From the NCBI GenBank assembly GCA_012033595.1, contig JAAUQL010000012.1, positions 7,208 through 71,207 on the forward strand: a stretch of 64,000 bases of DNA, read 5' to 3'. Positions 11,105-21,952 of the stretch are shown one piece after another. Origin of the DNA: Cyclobacteriaceae bacterium (lineage in GTDB: Bacteria > Bacteroidota > Bacteroidia > Cytophagales > Cyclobacteriaceae). Numbering within the stretch: the stretch's first letter is position 1; each line of letters starts with the position of its first letter. The position numbers and the translations under genes were made by a program. The notes under the pieces were generated by a model, which was not told the DNA's origin, ran no database searches, and saw only the letters and a list, made by a program, of their open reading frames with translations.

Positions 11105-12726
11105 CTATTTATTGAACACAAAAACAGACACACTTTTGGACGGAACCAATATCGTCGTTTTGTCAGAAGCTCCGGTCAGCTGTATGGTTTCTATGTTGGC
11201 ATATGCGCTCATTGCTCCTTTGCTTCGGTCAGAGAGTAAAAAATGCGTATAATCTCCCCGGACTCTTTCCGGAAAAACGACAGCTAATGCTACGTCTTCA
11301 TCAAATGATCTGTTTACCACATGCACATAATATGCGGCCTCATCTGCAGTAACCACCACATCTTGCTCGGCTACTTTCGCCGAAGGTGAAATGCCGCTCA
11401 GGGTCAGTGGCTGCTGGTAGAAACGTGCATTGGCAACTTCCATTTTCATCAGTTGATTACCATGGTTCCTGCTGTACAATCCCGTTACCATGCCGGTAGG
11501 ATACATGGTGGCCGTTTTTTGTTCGGTGGTGTCCACCCTAATGGAAGTAATGCCCCAGCCAGTACCGACCAACATAGATTGGTTGGCAATGCGCACTTTG
11601 TCAGATACACGCAGTATGGCATTCAAATAGCTCCCCGCTCCTATGCCATAAGCTAAAAATTCATTATATGGCCGGGCAGCTTTTGCCTCACCCTGAAACC
11701 AACAATTCAGGTTCCATTCCGTCATGGCCAGAGGCGGCTCAACATGATCGAGCACCCAATCCTCAATTATTGACAATCCGCTTTCTTCATCTATTTTGGG
11801 CGCGGCAGCCAAACCCTGCCAAACGGCCTTGGCAGATACGCTATCTGCCAACACGGTGCTATCTCCCATCTTTATTTGCGAGATACCCCAGGGCGAATAG
11901 GAATGGAAAGTGGTATAACTGACTAAATCTCTGTTGCTTTTTAATATTTCCTCGTTTATCTCCCCCACCCCGTCAATGATCAGCTGTATTGAAGGGTCAG
12001 CGGCCTTCATGGCTTTGGCGTAGGCCAATACACAGGCTGCATAGTGGTCTTTCAATTCAGTAGATCTTTCATTTTTTCTAAACTGATCGAATAGCCATGT
12101 TTCGTTGCCTATTTGGAAATACCTGATATTGAACGGCTCGGCACTTCCATTGGCAGCCCGCAATTCCGCCCATTTACCATCGCTGGCATTACAGTAGTTT
12201 ACCAAATCTGCACCCAATTCTTGTGCGGCTTGTTCTATGGGAATTTTTTTATAAAATGCGTCCCCGAGATTGGTCACAAAAAGCGGGGCAATGTCCAGCT
12301 CCTTGCACAAGGCGACAAACTCGTGCAGCCCCGTTCGACCATCTGAATTTACCACATCTTTTCTGTTAAGATCCTTATAATGCAAATTGCGTGGCCTTTG
12401 GCTGTGTTTGCCGGGCATACTGTCTATCAGGTTGTACCAGGGATAATAATCGATGGCCGTACCACCGGGGAAACGCAATATGGGTATATTCATCCAATCC
12501 ATATATTCCCGTACCTCCGGTATCACTTTGCCTGTGTTCATCGAAATGGCCGCATCGCTGCCAATCTCTCCATTCCAGGTGGCTTTTTCAAAAAAACCTC
12601 CAAAGAGCCGATCATCTACCGGGTTGAGCACTTCGCCGGTAATGGTATAAGTAGGCAGGTTTTTCTGCTGGCTGCAAGTCGCTAAAAAAAATCACAATTG
12701 CCAATAGGGCTAAAAATATTTTTCAT
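11105..12726 (-). CDS. Glycoside hydrolase family 51 (alpha-L-arabinofuranosidase-like); signal-peptide region frameshifted
   Basis: LRFPGGT, FQIGNETW and MTEWN motifs; likely ATG at 12726 is out of frame across A/T homopolymers at ~12684-12723. Confidence 0.8.
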
Positions 12727-12761
12727 TTTATTAATACATTTAAAAGTGAAGCCTCAGGATG

Positions 12762-13844
12762 TTAAAAATCAAGAATTGCATGAAAAGCAGGTTTGGGATT
12801 GAATTGTTGGTCGAAAAGCAATGGATAGTCGGTTCTACCTTTCACAAAATAATGGCTCAACCATGATTTGTCATCGGCGACACCCCAAAAAGTGACCGTT
12901 GTAATTTTATCCTTTTTATCCCTCAAGACTTCAAATACCTCCCGGTATTTTTCAGCTTGTTTCTGAGCCAGCTCGGGCGTGAATTCGATGACCTGCTTTG
13001 GCAGCTCTTCCTGTGGTAGATTGTGATAAAAAGGATAAACTGATATATCTAATTCTGTGATTTGAACCTCCAGCCCGAGGGAGGCAAAAAGGTCGATGGC
13101 CTGCGCAAGATTTTCTTTATTGACATCTTCCAATGTCCAATGTCCCTGCATGCCAAGTCCGTGTATTGGCGTGCCCTTATCGAGTAGCTCCTTTAGCACC
13201 CTATAGGTCTTGTCCCGCTTTACGGGGTCTATCAGGTTATAATCATTATAAAAAAGCTTAATCTCCGGATCGGCCTCATGAGCATATCTAAAGGCCATTT
13301 CGATATAGTCAGGTCCACATATCTTGTACCAGTCAATATTGTCGCGGTAGAGATGTGCAGTATCTTCGCTATTGGAAACGGCCTCATTTACCACATCCCA
13401 ACAATATACTTTGCCGCGATAATGGTCCAATACCGTGTGGATATAATTCTGCATCCGGTCGAGCATAGCGTCTTTGGTCAGGTATGCTCCCTGCTCATCG
13501 CGGTAAAACCAGCCATGGGTTTGGTTGTACCATACCAAGGTGTGACCCCTCACCACCATGTCATTGGTCTGAGCAAAATCAACGATCCGATCGCCAGCCT
13601 CGAAGGTGTACTCCCCGTCTTTGCTGAGGCTTGGCTTGGGTTTCATATCGTTTTCGGCTGTAATGCTGTTGAAGTGTGCCTTGAGCAACACCGTATCATA
13701 ATCGCTAAGGTGCGACTTGCCGATGGCCGCGCCAATTCGGAAATAGTCTTTGTATTTACTGGCCAGACTTTCAGTTTTTGGCGGAGCTTCGTTGCATTGC
13801 CACAGTAAAAATGAGCAAAAAATTATCGACAAAAATCTCATCAC
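12762..13844 (-). CDS. Endo-1,4-beta-xylanase, GH10, lipoprotein
   Basis: ITAENDMK, RGHTLVW, WDVVNEA, LFYNDYN, GMQGH, ITELDI motifs. Confidence 0.95.
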   Translation of the reverse strand: MMRFLSIIFCSFLLWQCNEAPPKTESLASKYKDYFRIGAAIGKSHLSDYDTVLLKAHFNSITAENDMKPKPSLSKDGEYTFEAGDRIVDFAQTNDMVVRGHTLVWYNQTHGWFYRDEQGAYLTKDAMLDRMQNYIHTVLDHYRGKVYCWDVVNEAVSNSEDTAHLYRDNIDWYKICGPDYIEMAFRYAHEADPEIKLFYNDYNLIDPVKRDKTYRVLKELLDKGTPIHGLGMQGHWTLEDVNKENLAQAIDLFASLGLEVQITELDISVYPFYHNLPQEELPKQVIEFTPELAQKQAEKYREVFEVLRDKKDKITTVTFWGVADDKSWLSHYFVKGRTDYPLLFDQQFNPKPAFHAILDF

Positions 13845-14057
13845 GTTAGGGTTTTCGTTTAGAATATGTAAAAGAAGGAGGCTAAAAAATACGAATTGAT
13901 TTTAGCACTTATGGTGCTAAAGATACATCTAAAATCTAAAAGAATAAAAAGTACTCCAAAGTACCGCCCTTACATATTTTTTAGGATAAAAAGACCATAA
14001 AGCGCCATTTAACCCTATGGGATGCCTCCAAACCTGTCAGGTACTCTGCGAAGATGA

Positions 14058-15704
14058 TTATAATTTTACCAGCTTCTTGCTTTGGGTCAATGCTCCGTTT
14101 TCTAAGCGATACAGATAGGTGCCACTTTTCAAATGTTGCAGATTGTAGGTGATATGGTGTAGCCCTGCCTTTCTAAATTCATCGAGCACTGTAGCGACCG
14201 ATCGTCCTTGCACATCGAGCAATTCAATTTTCACCTTGCCGTCTGTGTTCATTCTAAAAGCAAACACTGTCTTGTCTGCTACAGGATTGGGGTAGCAATC
14301 GTCCAGAAAATTTCGCTGCGCAAAAAAACCTTCATTCGTACCGGTAATGCCATTGCCCACAATAGGTAGCCTTGAATCTACCCAATCAGACAGTAGTGTT
14401 GCCTCTACCGCTTCTGCATCGGCCTGGAGCCAATCTACCACAGCCGAGGTAAATACCTGTCTGTAGTCGAATTGATGAATCAGGTTTCCCCTGTTCAAAT
14501 TATTAAGATCGGGATTGGTGCCGGTGACGCCCGGTTGAACCATTTTGCCAAATACAAACATCGGAGCCGCAGTGCCATGGTCGCTGCCGTAGCTGCCATT
14601 GGAAAAAGCCCTCCGCCCAAATTCCGAAAAGGTCATGGACATAACCCGGTCTTCGAGGCCCAGCCCCTTGAGATCGTCCTGAAATGCCTTCATGGCTGAC
14701 GAGATGTGGTAAAGCAATGCCGCATGGGTGCCCATGGTGGCATCGTAAGACTCCACCTGCTCGGCATGGGTATCGAAGCCTCCCAATCTGGCGAGGAAAA
14801 TCTTGGTTTTGACACCACCACTGAGCAGGCGGGCAATCATTTTCAGTTGTGGGGCAAGCCTGTTTTTGATCCTGCCCGGAGGAGCGTTAAATGGATAAAG
14901 ATCGGGATATTCCACATCCTGACTGTTGCTTCCCTTTTCATATACCTCTTTGAGCCGACCCGCAAACTGATTCGATTTTTCCTCTATATCCATGATCCAC
15001 CGCAGCTCTTCGCCATAGTGGGTATTGGCGATAGACTCGGGAGGCAATCCGCCCACACTGCTTACCAAGTCATAAAACTGCTCCGGATTTTGGATAGATA
15101 TCGCTGTTGGAATTCCATTGTTGCGATGAAAAGCAAGTGACACCCCATTCCCAATCTCTATCGCCAAAGGATCGGGCATCTGGTCATTGGGATAGCTATC
15201 GGGATAGCCCGGGTATTCATGGTCGAGGTACCTGCCCATCCAGCCCGAAGGCAGGTATTCATTGTAGTCGCCACCCATAAACCAGATATCCCGGCTTCTG
15301 AAATGCGAACCATTCACATTTTCGTAAGCTACATTCTGAACTATATTCATTTTGCCCTGGTCATACAATGCCTTCATGTGCGTAAGATCCGGATGGAGCC
15401 CTGCCTGGTCGGCAGCTGAAAGGGACGAATCGAGGTCGATGTATTTTCTTTTCCCCTTGTCGGGAATGGCCAGGTTTGGCCTCAGATTATAATATTCCGC
15501 ATATTGCTCTATGGGAATGACGGTGTTAAGGCCATCGTTGCCCCCATGCAGTTGTATGAGGATGAGTACCCTGTCATTGTTGCTCGATGCGGCCAGCCGG
15601 TGCAAAGGCGCAGCCTGTGCCAGGGCGCTCAAAGGCAAACTGTTCAACATGAACGATGATCCGGCCGCTAAGGGCAATTTTTTTAAAAATCCTCTTCTTC
15701 TCAT
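14058..15704 (-). CDS. DUF1501 protein with Tat signal and T9SS type A C-terminal domain
   Basis: MRRRGFLK; LHGGNDGLN, SHFRS, GGFDTHA, SEFGRR, GSDHG; C-terminal YPNPV..SGTYLYRL..KKLVKL. Confidence 0.88.
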   Translation of the reverse strand: MRRRGFLKKLPLAAGSSFMLNSLPLSALAQAAPLHRLAASSNNDRVLILIQLHGGNDGLNTVIPIEQYAEYYNLRPNLAIPDKGKRKYIDLDSSLSAADQAGLHPDLTHMKALYDQGKMNIVQNVAYENVNGSHFRSRDIWFMGGDYNEYLPSGWMGRYLDHEYPGYPDSYPNDQMPDPLAIEIGNGVSLAFHRNNGIPTAISIQNPEQFYDLVSSVGGLPPESIANTHYGEELRWIMDIEEKSNQFAGRLKEVYEKGSNSQDVEYPDLYPFNAPPGRIKNRLAPQLKMIARLLSGGVKTKIFLARLGGFDTHAEQVESYDATMGTHAALLYHISSAMKAFQDDLKGLGLEDRVMSMTFSEFGRRAFSNGSYGSDHGTAAPMFVFGKMVQPGVTGTNPDLNNLNRGNLIHQFDYRQVFTSAVVDWLQADAEAVEATLLSDWVDSRLPIVGNGITGTNEGFFAQRNFLDDCYPNPVADKTVFAFRMNTDGKVKIELLDVQGRSVATVLDEFRKAGLHHITYNLQHLKSGTYLYRLENGALTQSKKLVKL

Positions 15705-15714
15705 GTCCTTTTGG

Positions 15715-17351
15715 TTAAAACAATTGGTATTCGGGAGATTGCATCATGGTATTGATCAGGTTTTCGAGATGAAAAACCACCTGAAAATCTTCCCCATCTA
15801 TAATGGTGGCTACCCAGTCTGCCTCATCTACATCTATGAGCAGGGTAGATTTGAAATAATCAAAACGCTCGGTGGTGATGGCCTCAGGCAGCAGATATTC
15901 GACAAAAAAAGTAACTATGGCCTGGGGCGAATTGAGGTCTATTCCTTCATCGCGGCAATAGTCCAATATATCGAGTTTATAGAGCAGCACATCATTTTCG
16001 TCTTTCTCTCCCAGCAGCAGGTTTGTGGAAATCTGGTATCTGCGCGCCAGGTTGTTCACGGTTATCCAATTTCGGTTATACGCCGGTTCCTGATAGTAGG
16101 CTTCGTAACCGGCCACATCATATGGTTCATAAAAGTCAAGACCCTGATTTTGAATTTTGTTGAAAAGTAAGTCTTGATAGACGGCATAAAAACGGCTCAA
16201 ATCGCTTTGCTGGTCGGGCAGGGAAACATTGAAAAATCGGAAAGCACCCAGCACCACCTCCAAGGGTGATTTAATAATCCCCCCCCTGTTATCATCTGTT
16301 TCCGTGCCATTGTCTGCATCAAAAAAGTGCTGGCTCGACAGCAATTGCTCCAGCACCGGTAGCAGTTCATATTCGGCTCCCATAAAGGTTTGGGCAAGTG
16401 GCCTTATAATATCGTTTTCTATTTCCGGAGTGATATCGTAATACACAAAATACCGGTACAATCTTCGGCAAATATACCTGGCTGTAGCCTCCTGCATAAA
16501 TATCATGTTCACCAACTGATCGAGCTCATCCAGTGCGGCTTCTTTGCTGGCTTTGTCACCTATCAATTCGATGGGCTGTATCGTGGTATTTTGAAAGTGC
16601 GGACTGAATTGTTTTATTGATGCATCGTGGTTGCTGGCTACGTTGCCCGTTCCTCTTATCACGCCCATGGCCACTCCGGTATCCGGATCGATATTGGAAT
16701 AATCAGGATCTGTATTGTAGCCCGATAGTACCTTGGACGATTCGATAATATCCTGCTCTGTATAGTTAGAATAGTCGTCGTCACTTATCTGATCTCCCTT
16801 TCCGATGGTAAAAAGTTCGAAATATTCACGCGCAAAGTTTTCGTTGGGTCGGCCTACGTCGTTGAGTCTGCCATCGAGATGTATCAGCATGGCATTGTCA
16901 TAGCATATTTTTTTGCCAGTTCCTTGAAATTGCCCCTGGCATAATGTCTGAATAATTTCAACTGATAGTAAATCGCCTCGCCACTTTCAATTCTGGAGCC
17001 AATGGTGGTGAAATGCGTATGGAAAAACCACGCCATGCGGTCTATGATCGAATTGCCCGAAGTCATCATCAGATCGAGCCACCATGCAAAGGTCATCTTC
17101 ATCAATTCATTCCCCTCGCTATTGGCCTCTGTTCGTTTAGGGTTTACCCACGGCGCGCCGGTTTTCAGATCAAGAGGCGGGCTGGCTGCTGGTTTTTCTT
17201 CGAATACGACGGCCAGCGCTTGCGTGATATTGTAACCCGAAAATGTATCAATATCCGTGCGGGATGGTCCAAAAGTGGTTCGCCTTAGAAAATGAGCCGC
17301 ATTTTTTTTGCCTAATGGAGCAGATAAATCGATGGGGTTGAGAGATGGCAT
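15715..17351 (-). CDS. DUF1800 family protein, split by frameshift near 16908
   Basis: AAHFLRRTTFG, RMAWFFHTHF, GNFKEL in the 5' ORF; PNENFARE..ELFTIG, KSP, SPEYQL in the 3' ORF; usual partner of DUF1501. Confidence 0.88.
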
Positions 17352-17698
17352 AACAACAGATTGAATTGAGACGCGAAATAAAATATGGAAATAAAGGTTA
17401 AAAGTCAGGAAATAAAAGTTAAGTCAAGACGCAAACCCGCGCAATTTCTTACCTAAAAAGCTTTAGAGGTATTTGTCCTCTTGAACCATAGCTCCACTTA
17501 TCCAGACCGTTTATTAGAGTTTACTTATTTGTAAAGTGCCGGCAAAGGAAAGGATTTGCCTTGTTTTGTGGAAATAATAGCCAATTTAGCGCTTTTTCTT
17601 ACATTTATTCAATATTAATGAAACGATAGTTTTAATGTCATCGTTGAATTTGTTAATTTTGCCTTAACATTTAATTAACATTAAAAAATATAAAGCTT

Positions 17699-17830
17699 AT
17701 GAAAACGCAATATCAAAAGATGTACAAATATGGAATAGACGCTATGGTCTTTGGCAAAGCCAAGAAAAAAGACCACGTTATACTTTGGATCATGATCGGG
17801 ATTATATTCGTCCTGGGGTTGATGATCTAA
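17699..17830 (+). CDS. Small (43 aa) membrane protein, below the ORF-track cutoff
   Basis: MKTQYQKMYKYGIDAMVFGKAKKKDHVILWIMIGIIFVLGLMI*; TAATTTTG -7 element at 17654-17661 upstream and hairpin terminator downstream. Confidence 0.6.
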   Translation: MKTQYQKMYKYGIDAMVFGKAKKKDHVILWIMIGIIFVLGLMI

Positions 17831-17837
17831 AACTTAG

Positions 17838-17864
17838 GGCATCCCGAACCTGCTTCGGGATGCC
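17838..17864. terminator. Hairpin between convergent genes, likely bidirectional terminator
   Basis: GGCATCCCGAA-cctgc-TTCGGGATGCC, perfect 11-bp stem. Confidence 0.7.
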
Positions 17865-17887
17865 GGATTCCCTTTTCAGGGAAAAAA

Positions 17888-18807
17888 TTAAAAATCATCT
17901 ACTTCCTTATAGGCTTCCACCAGCCGTTTTTCTCCTTCAATTCCCTCTTTCGAAATTCCATGCTCCATGCCCATGATAAACTCGGGGTTTTTATCGTGGA
18001 TGAACTTGAATACATTTTTATAATTTATTTCCCCCGTAGTTGGCTCTTTTCGACCCGGATTGTCACCGATTTGAAAATAGGCTATTTCGTCCCAGGTCAA
18101 TTCAATATTCTTAATAATATTGCCCTCGTTTTTTGCATGTGATAGATATCGTAAAGTATTTTGCACGAAGGGCTGTCAACAGCTTTGCAGATCATATAGG
18201 TTTGTTCAGAAGTGCGCAGGTATAGGTCGGGCGAATCTGAAAGTGGCTCCAAGACCATAATCAATCCGTGGGGCTCTAGTATTTCGGCTCCTCTTCGCAG
18301 CGCCTCAATCACATTGGCATCTTGTATTCCCAAGGGCAAATTGCGCTCGTAGCCCCCGGGTACTACGGTCATCCATTTTGCATTTACCCTTTTGGCAACT
18401 TCTACTGCTCTTCTACACCCATCCAGAAAAATATCAATATGTTCCTTTTTGCCGGCAGCCAGGGTATTTTCCATATTACCTCCTTTATCTACGACAAATA
18501 CCCCCATCTGCATATTGAGCCTGGTCATGGCTTCTGCTATTTTGTTTTGCATGCTGATGTCCCGACCCATCATGCCATTGTCTTCCAAAGCTGTAAAGCC
18601 CTGATCGGCCATGTAATTGAGCTGATCCAGGAGATTGTCGCCTGCGGAGTGTTTGAACATGCCAAAATGGGGGGCATATTTCAACTTGAATCCATCCTGT
18701 GTCTGCTTGGGGGTCTTTTTCGCTTGAGCCATCGCGGAGCCTAAGCCCATAGAGGCAGCCCCACCCATAAGGGCACTGTTTCTTATAAAATTTCTTCTTT
18801 CCATCAT
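17888..18807 (-). CDS. Tat-exported xylose isomerase-like TIM-barrel protein (hydroxypyruvate isomerase family), frameshift near 18130
   Basis: MERRNFIR signal; VLEPLS, KILYDIYHMQ then EGN..FQIGDNPGRKEPTTGEINY..GMEH in the second frame. Confidence 0.85.
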
Positions 18808-18833
18808 TCAAAATTTTAGGTTTGGTACATATC

Positions 18834-18876
18834 AAAAAAACCCGGTGCTTATTCAGTTTTTGAATGGAGCACCGGG
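18834..18876 (-). terminator. Intrinsic terminator / stabilising hairpin between the Gfo/Idh/MocA and TIM-barrel genes
   Basis: CCCGGTGCT...AGCACCGGG stem followed on the minus strand by T7. Confidence 0.7.
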
Positions 18877-18900
18877 ATTTCACAATTATTTGTGCATTAA

Positions 18901-20226
18901 TTAAAATACGATCGACTTACCGGGCATGGCTATCGGATAGAAACCATCCGGGCCAGGCATTACAGGAGGCTGATCATCCCATGAGTTGCTCGCCGGCATC
19001 AACTGAATCTGCGATGCCAGGGCATCTTCCATGTTAATTTCCAGTCCTGAGTAGGTAGCATACCGACCAAGAATGGAGGTCATGGTAGACATGGCCCCAT
19101 TGTGTAGATCGTTGATCACCTCTCCTTTGCGAATGGCGGCAAACAATTCATCATGCTCTACCTGATATGGGTTCGGATCATCAACGTTGCGGTGTTTGTA
19201 AATACTTCCGCCTTTGAGGTCTTCGATCACACCTGATGAATCGAAATTTGCCCTGCCTTTGGTGCCAATGATGGTTTCAGAAACCTTGTCCATACAACCT
19301 TTAATATGTCGGCATTGGCTGTTGAGAATAGTGCCATCTGCATATTTGAATTCAACATAGTGATGATCAAAAATTTCGCCGTGTTCGCGACCGGTGCGCA
19401 CCTGCCTTCCTCCCATTCCCTGGGCAGAAACAGGATATGCACCTTTAGCCCAGTTGAACACATCAATATTATGTACATGCTGCTCCACGATGTGATCGCC
19501 ACATAACCAATTGAAGTAGTACCAGTTGCGCATTTGGTATTCCATTTCAGAATATTCAGGTTTGCGCTCCCTCACCCATACTCCGGCACCATTCCAATAT
19601 ACCTGTCCGGAAAGCACATCGCCAATTGCGCCGTCGTGAATGCGCTTGATCACTTCACGATAGTTGGTCTGATAGTGTCTTTGCAATCCGACTACGATGT
19701 TGAGTTTTTTGCTTTCCGAAACCTTTACCAGTTCGAGGCATTTTCTGATTCCGGCTGCATCTGTACCCAGTGGTTTTTCACAAAACACGTGTTTGTTTTG
19801 ATTGATGCATTCTTCCAGGTGGTAAGGTCGGAAGCCTGGAGGAGCGGCCAGAATCACCACGTCGGCATCTTTAATGGCATCCTTATAGGCATCGAAACCA
19901 ACAAATTTTTGATCTTCATCCACCTTCACATTTTTCTTTCTGTCCTCGGCAAGCTCGGAGCTCATGATACTATTGAGGCTTCGGTCTATATTGTCTCGGA
20001 ATGCATCGGCCATGGCAATCAGTTGCACATCAGCGTCGGCGGTAAGCGCTTGAACAGCAGCTCCAGTACCTCTGCCACCGCAACCTACCAGCGCCAATTT
20101 CAATTTTTTAGCTTGTGGATTTACAAAGGCGCTTGCCCCAATGGGCAGTCCGGCCATCATTACACCACCTGTGGCCAGGGCAGTGCCTTTCATAAAATTC
20201 CTTCTGTCAATAAGTTTGTTTTTCAT
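18901..20226 (-). CDS. Tat-exported Gfo/Idh/MocA oxidoreductase
   Basis: IDRRNFMK; LVGCGGRGTGA; HVFCEKP; EQHVHNID. Confidence 0.92.
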   Translation of the reverse strand: MKNKLIDRRNFMKGTALATGGVMMAGLPIGASAFVNPQAKKLKLALVGCGGRGTGAAVQALTADADVQLIAMADAFRDNIDRSLNSIMSSELAEDRKKNVKVDEDQKFVGFDAYKDAIKDADVVILAAPPGFRPYHLEECINQNKHVFCEKPLGTDAAGIRKCLELVKVSESKKLNIVVGLQRHYQTNYREVIKRIHDGAIGDVLSGQVYWNGAGVWVRERKPEYSEMEYQMRNWYYFNWLCGDHIVEQHVHNIDVFNWAKGAYPVSAQGMGGRQVRTGREHGEIFDHHYVEFKYADGTILNSQCRHIKGCMDKVSETIIGTKGRANFDSSGVIEDLKGGSIYKHRNVDDPNPYQVEHDELFAAIRKGEVINDLHNGAMSTMTSILGRYATYSGLEINMEDALASQIQLMPASNSWDDQPPVMPGPDGFYPIAMPGKSIVF

Positions 20227-20276
20227 TTCCGGTTTATGTTTATGTTCAAAAAAATAAAAGTCTATTTTGCTTCAAT

Positions 20277-21290
20277 TTACTCATCCAAAACCATTGAAAA
20301 AAATTCTTTGATTTGTTCTTTGGACATTTCTTTTGCTGGCCTAATCACCCTAAAACCCAAAAATGGAGCATCGGTATTCCACCAAAAGCTCTTTGGAATT
20401 TGCGGGTCTCTTTTTTGCCAGTCCCGGTTCGACATCAATCGTTCCGACGAACGCAATTTTTCCGGGTCGTCATTCCAGGATCCGCCCCGCACCGTACGCG
20501 GATGCAAATTATCCGGTCTTCTCCAAGGATTTACGACCCCATTTTCCAGGGTGGAATAGAAATCTGCTTGGTATTGATCCAAGGTCCATTCGGCTACATT
20601 GCCGTGCATATCGTACAATCCCCAGGGGTTTGGTTTTTTTCCGGCTACTTCGTGGTATTTGTCATCACTGTTGTCCCAATACCATGCATAGTCTTTCAGT
20701 TCACTTACATCATCGCCAAAAGAATAGGCAGTGCCGGTACCGGCTTTGCAGGCATATTCCCACTCTGCTTCTGTAGGTAGTCGGTAAAATTTGCCGGTCA
20801 CCTCAGATAGCCACTTGCAAAAGTTCAATGCGGCAAACTGGGTCATGGAAATGGCCGGATAGTTGATTTTGCCCATGCCAAAGCTGGGATCCAGATAGGG
20901 GGTACTGGGTCGGGTCACTGCATCGGCCTGGGTTTTGCTATCATCTGATCGATAACCAATAAGGGCGCTTTTTTCGGTATCGATAAACAGCTCAAACAAA
21001 TCCCAGGTGGCTTCGGTCTCCATCATCCAGAATGCTTCGATCTGCACTTTCTTTTGCGGACCTTCGTCTTCGTCTCTATTGGCTTGGCCTTCCGGGCTAC
21101 CCAACAAAAAATCGCCGGCCTGGATGGGTACCATATTAAACGTGACATCAGTTGATTCTATCTTTTCGAGGTATTTTTCAAAATTTCCGTCTTCACTGAT
21201 CTGCTCCGACCCTTTTTCGCTGCTGAAAGAAAGGCTGGTAAAGGCCATGGTTAATAAGGCCATGTAAAAAATAGTTTTTCGTTTTCCCAT
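20277..21290 (-). CDS. FGE-sulfatase (SUMF1) domain protein lacking the FGE catalytic cysteines
   Basis: YRLPTEAEWEYAC, PNPWGLYDMHGNVAEW, RGGSW, GFRV; no CxxxxC after RGGS. Confidence 0.88.
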   Translation of the reverse strand: MGKRKTIFYMALLTMAFTSLSFSSEKGSEQISEDGNFEKYLEKIESTDVTFNMVPIQAGDFLLGSPEGQANRDEDEGPQKKVQIEAFWMMETEATWDLFELFIDTEKSALIGYRSDDSKTQADAVTRPSTPYLDPSFGMGKINYPAISMTQFAALNFCKWLSEVTGKFYRLPTEAEWEYACKAGTGTAYSFGDDVSELKDYAWYWDNSDDKYHEVAGKKPNPWGLYDMHGNVAEWTLDQYQADFYSTLENGVVNPWRRPDNLHPRTVRGGSWNDDPEKLRSSERLMSNRDWQKRDPQIPKSFWWNTDAPFLGFRVIRPAKEMSKEQIKEFFSMVLDE

Positions 21291-21301
21291 ATTTATGATT
21301 C

Positions 21302-21904
21302 TTATTTTATTACGATTAATTCAAATTTGATTTCCACTTCCTCTCCGGTCTCAATTTGACCAAACATTGCCGATGGAGGCACCATGTCGTAGTCTTTCAT
21401 ATTGAGTTTGTAGCTGCCGCTAAAACTCATTTTATTGTCTTCAAGTAATTTGCCCTCAACCGGGAAACTGACTTCTTTGGTTTTGCCTGCGATGGTCAAT
21501 TTGCCTTTGCTCGTCACCGTAAATGCCTTGTCGCTACCGACAGTAATTGTGTTTTCGCCCAGGTCGAAAACAATCTCCGGGTGCTGTTCTGCTTTTAGTG
21601 CTTCGTAGGTTTTATTGTCCATGGTGGCTCCTCGTGCACTTATAATGCTTTTAACAGGCACAGTTACCTTCACATTTTTGATATCTTCTCCTTTTTTAAG
21701 CTTTCCTTTATTGATCAATTTATCACTGGTTTCTACATAACCTGTTATGGTTTTCACTTCACTTGTCCAGTCATGCAGCGTAGAAGTGCCAGCCACAGTC
21801 ATCGTTGACGCGTCTGAAATGGTGTACCTGGCCGTCTGCGCCTGTACGGACAGACTGAGCATGGTGATAAAAAAAACCAAAAGGAATAATCTGTAATTTT
21901 TCAT
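21302..21904 (-). CDS. YceI family lipid/polyisoprenoid-binding protein
   Basis: Signal peptide; GTSTLHDW, LKAEQHPEIVF, GKLTIAG, MKDYDMVPP. Confidence 0.85.
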   Translation of the reverse strand: MKNYRLFLLVFFITMLSLSVQAQTARYTISDASTMTVAGTSTLHDWTSEVKTITGYVETSDKLINKGKLKKGEDIKNVKVTVPVKSIISARGATMDNKTYEALKAEQHPEIVFDLGENTITVGSDKAFTVTSKGKLTIAGKTKEVSFPVEGKLLEDNKMSFSGSYKLNMKDYDMVPPSAMFGQIETGEEVEIKFELIVIK

Positions 21905-21952
21905 AATTGTAATTTTTTTTTTGAACCTCCAATCAATTAACAGGCCACAATG

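Noticed and set aside
20277..21290. FGE/C-type-lectin-fold gene as a diversity-generating retroelement target or true formylglycine-generating enzyme
   Set aside because: No reverse transcriptase or template repeat seen in the window; catalytic Cys pair absent and no sulfatase nearby
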